Source of the DNA: Tubiluchus corallicola
Lineage: Eukaryota > Animalia > Priapulida
DNA: 64,000 bases
Direction of reading: 5' to 3'
Assembly (NCBI GenBank): GCA_030141605.1
Contig: JAQGDQ010000489.1
Coordinates: forward strand, 1 to 64,000
Of the stretch, positions 61,915 through 64,000 are shown piece after piece. Each line of letters begins with the position of its first letter. The stretch's first letter is position 1. A model generated the notes under the pieces. It made no database searches. It had not been told where the DNA came from and worked only from the letters and a program-made list of their open reading frames with translations. A program made the position numbers and the translations under genes.

Positions 61915-63981
61915 AGGGAGGGAGGCAGGGAGGGAGGGAGGTAGAGAGGAAGAGGAGCTAGATACGGAGAAAAAGAGAGGGCTTGCTGCAGCGTCTTACA
62001 ATTTACAGTTTTTTTTACAAATATCATTAGGTTCGTTCAACACTTGCATAAATACCACGTTGCAGTTTGAACTTGTTGCTAGCCATTTGAAGATGTTGCA
62101 TACCTGTCAACCTGTTATTAGCGTTGCCCTTATATAGGGTCTTGCTAAACCTTATAAGACAGCACGGGACCTTACCGAATCTGAAAATATGTTAATTTGC
62201 TGGGAGCCAACAGAAACAGACCAGTCACGAGATCGCATATCAGTCCACACAACAACAAAAAATCATTGGAACATGATTTTATTGTCTTGTTTTCATGGAA
62301 AAAAAAACTATTTAGTTATGGTGTGATATTATTTATGTATGCATATCAGATGGAATTTTGTAACAAACACTTAACTTTATATATACATATATATTAAAAA
62401 AAAAGACAAAACACATAAAAACGAGAGAGGGTTCAAGTTAATCTCACATTCTTCCTTATATCCTGTTATACTGTCACTGAATTACTTTACTGCAAAACTG
62501 GCTTTCCTTGATTATCATCGTTGTTTTCGTTCGTTTGCACGCGAATTCGGCAGCAACTTTGCTGTCAGGAAACATCGCATGCATCAAGTCACTGAAATGG
62601 TCCGCAATGGAAGGTGGCAAGTTGTGTTCGGCCACAAACTGACAAAATAAAATTTCTGCAGCTGTGGCATTAGAGCTAACAACAGGTTCCTTCGCTGGTT
62701 TGAAATGATCATCCATCGACCGAAAAGTTTTAGTTTTCGCTACACTTTCCTTGTGTCCACGTGTTGAGAAAATGGCGAATGAAATAGCGGAAGTGGTTAA
62801 CCGGATGTTAAAAATTATTAGCTGAGTGTGCGCAATGACAACGTTTGAACGGAAGTAAGATCGTCTGCATGAAAGTACCGATCGAAAAGGGAATATTCGA
62901 TGCGATTATTTTCGCTGAGCAACATTTTGATTTTGCCGTATATTTTTCTTTTCGCCGTATGGATTTTCTTGTAAGCCGTATTGGGCCAAAAATGCATTTT
63001 TCCCGTACAAAATACGGCCAAACCGTATAAGTTGACAGGTATGATGTTGGCTGTTTTGTTCACATAATTTCATCATTGGAGAAAAATCTACTGGTATCCC
63101 ATGAAAAATGCTTCATCTGCTGTACAGAAAGCGTCACAAATTTGCTCAAAATGCATAAAAGAAAATCTTGGCATAAAAAATATGATCATTACAATAAACG
63201 ACATATATATGAACGATTTTTATACGAACATTTTGATGAACCAAAATGTTTATTGAGCGACGATTGTTTCGGCTACTGAAGCCATTGTCAAACAATAAAT
63301 GAAGCCAGAATGAAGAATAAAGAAGAAGAAGGAAGAAAAAGAAGAAGGAAGAAGAAGAAGAATAGAGCACATTAAAGATACAAAGGAACAAACTGAAACT
63401 ACAAAACAACAGATTAGAATTTAACTCATCAAAATAAACGATGTTGTTATGGAAAAAATTGCAGAGAAATGTAAAATTTTTTACCCAACACATGAGAACC
63501 AAAAAAAAAGCATCACAGCAGGTAAACAATTAATCTAAGTCTACATAAGCGTTACTTAGACGAAGTAAGTGTTACTTACGAAGAACTACAGAAGTAAACA
63601 TTATAAGAATAAAACACAACTTTTTATATGAACATTTTTACGAATATATATATCTGCATATATGATTGCATACAGTTTAGCACATAATATTTAACAAGTT
63701 CACAGAAAATGACTTAATAAATGCAAATACGAAGTAAATGGATGTGCAGGCTACACAACAGACCAATCACGCTGTTACAGTGCCAGTTCAACTTCATTTA
63801 GCAAAATAGCTCAATAATTTCTTCATTCAATACTTACTAAATGGCTCACAAAGTCGGCAGGTGGACCCAGGTCGTCCTCCTCCATGGATATGACTTGCAC
63901 CTGTTTTGGAGAAACGCTAAGGAAACCAGTCGATGCTGAACTCGGTATGGCAGCAGCGGAATTTGATTTTGGCGGTGTAAA
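18777..63981 (-). CDS. ARHGEF12: RGS-homology Rho guanine nucleotide exchange factor (RhoGEF2 / ARHGEF11-ARHGEF12-like; RH, C1, DH, PH domains); 27 exons in the window, 5'-incomplete
   Basis: 27 GT-AG exons total 5646 nt and join in one frame. RH domain (HGPFNSL...PAHLAVFLHYLISNSDP...WAYEIHSTFL), canonical C1, DH (KRQDVINELFHTERTHV...MQRLTKYPLLF), PH (LLHDGDLSW...PQIYELVAQTSSDRKQW). The symbol marks co-orthology to ARHGEF1/11/12, not a one-to-one call. Confidence 0.93.
19035..20899 (-). CDS. RhoGEF very large acidic exon (reads to a stop at 19020 if the donor is not used)
   Basis: tttacag| at 20900-20901, in frame with the 614-aa ORF; D/E-rich, then KRKNKKQKKKKRGRGG; candidate donor GAA|gttagt at 19034. 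Confidence 0.82.
22001..22184 (-). CDS. RhoGEF exon (coiled coil and SRPNS motif)
   Basis: ttttag|NVIADKEKELHVLQSELKKLNQ...SRPNSYISIAS...SDDT|gtgagt. Confidence 0.87.
23359..23492 (-). CDS. RhoGEF exon
   Basis: ttacag|NRLTSLVSKS...ITTSLNANLSQLL|gtaaga. Confidence 0.87.
23773..24256. mobile_element. hAT (Charlie-like) MITE
   Basis: CAGGGCTGTGCAAATT...AATTTGCACACCCCTG with GCGGCCCG subterminal motifs; inverted copy at 59752-60236. Confidence 0.88.
24445..24505 (-). CDS. RhoGEF small exon
   Basis: ctgtag|MAGLDEDKDARELILDSVLQ|gtaaaa; bridges phase 0 to phase 1 as required. Confidence 0.83.
25024..25324 (-). mobile_element. tRNA-derived SINE with Meta/MESC-like core and (ATT)n tail
   Basis: Minus strand: A box TAGTCTAGTGG, B box GAGTTCAAAGC, core CCGGGTCATACCAACAACTTTAAAAATGGCACC, tail TTTAAATAAAG(ATT)n; second copy at 57952-58312. 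Confidence 0.88.
26604..26713 (-). CDS. RhoGEF exon (C-terminal helical region)
   Basis: cgttag|QLRQVDEVIRNALHEKEKIIAELLNIPEHEFQHIAE|gtactg. Confidence 0.88.
27759..33105. repeat. Intronic 44/45-bp satellite array, about 120 copies, with higher-order duplications
   Basis: Unit AAGCTTAGGCAATTAGCAAAATCACTTTGAAGTTATGATCATTTC, with a HindIII site in most units. Confidence 0.98.
33126..33316. repeat. 42-bp tandem repeat, about 4.5 copies
   Basis: Unit ACAAATCACGCAGGTGCAAAATGACTTGTCCTTTCCTTTAAT. Confidence 0.93.
33331..33536 (-). CDS. RhoGEF exon (after PH domain)
   Basis: ttttag|QESHESD...LISPAEVVVANPVVEDATPILTPY|gtgagt. Confidence 0.88.
34074..34811. mobile_element. Tc1/mariner-type MITE with an internal insertion carrying about three 50-bp repeats (34386-34537)
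   Basis: TA|CAGGGTGTTTCA...TGAAACACCCTG|TA; relatives at 39908-40281 and 51548-51614. Confidence 0.75.
34943..35014 (-). CDS. RhoGEF small acidic exon (phase 2-2, possible cassette exon)
   Basis: ttacag|EKAENTEEEKEDAEAEEKEDADA|gtaagc; 72 nt. Confidence 0.75.
35321..35765. mobile_element. Tigger/pogo-like MITE
   Basis: TA|CACTCATACCTCGGTTTGCC...GGCAAACCAAGACATGAGTG|TA; family members at 40284-40623 and 57427-57948. Confidence 0.82.
36203..36452 (-). CDS. RhoGEF exon (end of PH domain)
   Basis: ttgcag|KKAFFLVSTSTQGPQIYELVAQTSSDRKQWVQYV...KPETYE|gtgagt. Confidence 0.94.
36619..37033 (+). mobile_element. Solo LTR, copy 1
   Basis: TATGGAAG (mutated TGTGG)...TTTCACA; perfect 5-bp TSD TAAAC; TATA box and AATAAA. 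Confidence 0.85.
37300..37546 (-). CDS. RhoGEF exon (PH domain)
   Basis: ctgtag|NLDLVKHHLLHDGDLSWRL...SPIIKLQNILTRNVAT|gtgagt. Confidence 0.95.
38116..38350. repeat. Second, inverted copy of the 12289-12522 dispersed repeat
   Basis: CAATGGATGACGTCACAACAATGGCTTTGCGTCAGCAGTTTT...CATCATCGTGTAGCCCTGTTCTTCCTCTTTCT shared. Confidence 0.8.
38420..38723. mobile_element. hAT (Ac-like) MITE
   Basis: TAGGGGTGAGCA...TGCCCACCCCTA; 8-bp TSD GTAGTGAC/GTAGTGAT; internal ATTCGA repeats. Confidence 0.85.
38754..39041. mobile_element. Tigger/pogo-like MITE, related subfamily
   Basis: TA|CAGTCGACCCACGT...ACGAGGGTTGACTG|TA; shares CGGACAATCGGC with the 35321 family. Confidence 0.7.
39081..39259 (-). CDS. RhoGEF exon (end of DH domain)
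   Basis: cacag|PSEEY...ILAYVNQAVKETENAARLADFQRRLD...AKEFR|gtaagt. Confidence 0.94.
39439..39711. mobile_element. Degenerate hAT-like MITE
   Basis: CATAGACATATGAGCCG / CGGCCCGTACGCTTATG imperfect TIRs; no clear TSD. Confidence 0.45.
39908..40281. mobile_element. Tc1/mariner-type MITE
   Basis: TA|CAGGGTGTTCCAGAAGAAA...TTTTTTCTGAAACAGCCTG|TA. Confidence 0.78.
40284..40623. mobile_element. Tigger/pogo-like MITE
   Basis: TA|CACTCGTGTTTCGGTTTGCCGGACA...TGTCCGGCAAACCGATATACGAGTG|TA. Confidence 0.85.
40934..41051 (-). CDS. RhoGEF exon (DH domain CR3)
   Basis: ttgtag|EAESNPLCRRFGLKDIIPTGMQRLTKYPLLFDNIAKYTP|gtaagt. Confidence 0.95.
41571..41769. repeat. Compound (CACG)n/(CA)n/(CT)n microsatellite
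   Basis: Direct reading. Confidence 0.92.
42134..42259 (-). CDS. RhoGEF exon (DH domain)
   Basis: gtttag|FDGEAGEKFKQACATFCRHQSVALDQLKHKMRSDKKVATFLM|gtatgt. Confidence 0.93.
42370..43008. mobile_element. TIR DNA element with about 37-bp imperfect TIRs, superfamily uncertain (possibly Sola-like)
   Basis: GTGCTGCTTGCAAGCCAAAACCGTTCATAAGTCGGCA / TGCCGACTTATGAACGTTTTTGCTATGCAAGCAGAC; flanks ATAT/ATAA. Confidence 0.7.
43370..43449 (-). CDS. RhoGEF exon (DH domain)
   Basis: ttatag|SLNIAMKERRRRERIVGDIGEMMLSF|gtacgt. Confidence 0.92.
45180..45320 (-). CDS. RhoGEF exon (DH domain CR1)
   Basis: acacag|LFHTERTHVRNLKVLQKVFYMPM...LFPNIEEMLRYH|gtaata. Confidence 0.94.
45707..46053. mobile_element. hAT-like MITE whose left junction is tandemly duplicated (103-bp unit, 45509-45740)
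   Basis: CAGGGGCGTATC...GCTATGCCACTG; 8-bp TSD AATGCACT/ACTGCACT. Confidence 0.78.
46393..46598 (-). CDS. RhoGEF exon (start of DH domain)
   Basis: ttgcag|SLDSPSTSLE...DSDLEAEPDPPNW...KEVKRQDVIN|gtacga. Confidence 0.93.
46655..47114. mobile_element. piggyBac-type MITE, second copy, opposite orientation
   Basis: TTAA|CCCTTTCAGTCCC...GGGTATGAAAGGG|TTAA; begins about 55 nt from a RhoGEF acceptor. Confidence 0.9.
47521..47905 (+). mobile_element. Solo LTR, copy 2
   Basis: TGTGGAAG...TTTCACA; perfect 5-bp TSD AGTAT. Confidence 0.88.
48181..48381 (-). CDS. RhoGEF exon (linker)
   Basis: aaacag|GLRVTQ...LQRSESLK...RKKSDP...SSSASSLSM|gtgagt; phase 2-2. Confidence 0.87.
48769..49226. repeat. Long imperfect (CT)n tract
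   Basis: Direct reading. Confidence 0.97.
49948..50080 (-). CDS. RhoGEF exon (linker)
   Basis: ttgcag|MAVRSRVEKLREKYE...SPSSPSER|gtgggt; phase 1-2. Confidence 0.82.
50395..50839 (+). mobile_element. Solo LTR, copy 3
   Basis: TGTGGAAA...TTTCACA; perfect 5-bp TSD GGTGT; TATATATA and AATAAA. Confidence 0.9.
51576..51802. repeat. Local tandem duplication of about 118 bp next to a RhoGEF donor site
   Basis: TTACAATAATGATCGAGTCTTGTGGTT...TGTTGTTCAGCAATTTTAATAT occurs twice. Confidence 0.85.
51815..51964 (-). CDS. RhoGEF exon (linker)
   Basis: ctacag|TPSYSVVRAKQIFEEKE...HRQESVEK|gtaata; phase 1-1. Confidence 0.8.
52834..53001 (-). CDS. RhoGEF exon (C1 domain, second half)
   Basis: tttcag|CDFNVHKGCMDSIQEECVG...NNNPTA|gtgagt; phase 1-1. 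Confidence 0.92.
53112..53726. mobile_element. Kolobok-like MITE
   Basis: TTAA|AGGAAGACAGGATTCA...TGAGTCCGGTTTTCCT|TTAA (13/16 TIR match, TTAA TSD, AG termini). Confidence 0.78.
54527..54930 (-). mobile_element. 5'-truncated non-LTR retrotransposon (LINE) 3' end, RTE-X/CR1-group-like
   Basis: RWSRIPREDRLYTCGVQTEAHVLLRCPVTEDLR is a degenerate ORF2 C-terminal CCHC region; followed by AATAAA and a (TAATTC)n tail. Confidence 0.78.
55025..55139 (-). CDS. RhoGEF exon (C1 domain, first half)
   Basis: tttag|ALLVRGHQLQQAHFNVVTYCQVCYSILWGIGFQGWKCD|gtaagt. Confidence 0.93.
55216..55642. mobile_element. Degenerate Tigger-like MITE
   Basis: TA|CAGTCATACTTC...GAGGTACAACTG|TA. Confidence 0.55.
55795..56184. 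mobile_element. Internally deleted copy of the 1103-1971 TIR element
   Basis: ta|AGCCTTTTCACAGTT...CGAAAGGCT|ta; internal segments match the reverse complement of 1121-1250 and 1880-1950. Confidence 0.75.
56231..56375 (-). CDS. RhoGEF exon (end of RH domain)
   Basis: ttttag|IAMASAILTQLRIMGAKS...KFRFSKASKMK|gtagta; phase 2-0. Confidence 0.87.
56470..57003. repeat. (AATGT)n pentanucleotide microsatellite
   Basis: Direct reading; AATGC and AATAT variants interspersed. Confidence 0.96.
57427..57948. mobile_element. Tigger/pogo-like MITE, opposite orientation
   Basis: TA|CATTCATATCTCGGTTTGC...GGCAAACCGAGATACGAGTG|TA. Confidence 0.82.
57952..58312 (-). mobile_element. tRNA-derived SINE, second copy, with an expanded (ATT)n(GTT)n tail
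   Basis: B box GAGTTCGAACC; core CCGGGTCATACCAAAGACTTTAAAAATGGTACCTGCTG. Confidence 0.9.
58353..58488 (-). CDS. RhoGEF exon (RH domain)
   Basis: ttccag|GLGSIYGDHQLHDNMERSKELKIAEQTLLPHLEQLSEDYENNSGR|gtaaca; phase 1-2. Confidence 0.9.
58550..59260. mobile_element. PIF/Harbinger-like MITE
   Basis: TAA|AACCGGGGTTTCACGG...CCGTAAAACGCTGGGT|TAA (12/16 TIR match, 3-bp TAA TSD); many TCGCCA/TGCGA subrepeats. Confidence 0.72.
59364..59532 (-). CDS. RhoGEF exon (RH domain)
   Basis: ttgcag|PLRVNVDESVC...LADFRNKRAL|gtatgc; phase 0-1. Confidence 0.92.
59752..60236. mobile_element. hAT (Charlie-like) MITE, second copy
   Basis: Perfect 16-bp TIR CAGGGGTGTGCAAATT; 8-bp TSD TTCTAAAC/TTCTATAC. Confidence 0.9.
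60567..60665 (-). CDS. RhoGEF exon (RH domain)
   Basis: ttctag|LFYLVTEAYLQGSAKEMRRWAYEIHSTFLVPNC|gtaagt. Confidence 0.92.
60763..61022. repeat. 26-bp minisatellite, 10 copies
   Basis: Unit GTGGTGCACACTGGGAAGGTGAGTCA. Confidence 0.97.
61229..61336 (-). CDS. RhoGEF exon (RH domain)
   Basis: cgtag|VDDHGPFNSLLKLLEKPAHLAVFLHYLISNSDPCSL|gttagt. Confidence 0.92.
61668..61950. repeat. (GA)n/(GGGA)n tract
   Basis: Direct reading. Confidence 0.96.
62099..63043 (-). mobile_element. Internally deleted hAT transposon with a 6-bp TSD
   Basis: Perfect 13-bp TIR CATACCTGTCAAC / GTTGACAGGTATG; ATGTTG on both flanks; CCGTA subterminal repeats; transposase remnant inside. Confidence 0.9.
62474..62765 (-). 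pseudogene. hAT transposase N-terminal fragment
   Basis: AAEILFCQFVAEHNLPPSIADHFSDLMHAMFPDSKVAAEFACKRTKTTMII matches the hAT EHN..ADH..FPDS..C.RTK pattern (from recall); no catalytic core follows. Confidence 0.8.
63850..63981 (-). CDS. RhoGEF exon with the acidic motif preceding the RH domain
   Basis: ttgcag|FTPPKS...QVISMEEDDLGPPADF|gtgagc; phase 0-0. Confidence 0.85.
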
Positions 63982-64000
63982 CTGCAATGCAAACGACAAT

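Overview
AT-rich eukaryotic genomic DNA from an invertebrate animal, with spliceosomal GT-AG introns and many repeats. Three protein-coding genes can be assembled by hand with consistent splice phases. (1) The 3' part of a class A GPCR with an NRY motif (melatonin-receptor/Tre1-like), + strand, exons 828-1003 and 4052-4728. (2) A 3-exon gene of about 588 aa with a coiled-coil N-terminus and an acidic tail, function unknown, - strand, 7231-10939. (3) The last 27 exons (about 1881 aa) of an RGS-homology RhoGEF (RH-C1-DH-PH; Drosophila RhoGEF2 / ARHGEF11-12 type), - strand, 18777-63981, with its 5' end beyond the window. Introns and intergenic DNA carry many non-autonomous DNA transposons (piggyBac-, hAT-, Tc1/mariner-, Harbinger- and Kolobok-like), three solo LTRs with perfect 5-bp TSDs, two tRNA-derived SINEs, LINE 3' fragments, several minisatellites, and a 5.3-kb 45-bp satellite that appears to sit inside a TIR element. 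Most other ORFs in the supplied track are repeat artefacts. There is no CRISPR array and no intact rRNA or tRNA gene. Transposon superfamily names rest on terminal and TSD signatures recalled from general knowledge, not on database searches.
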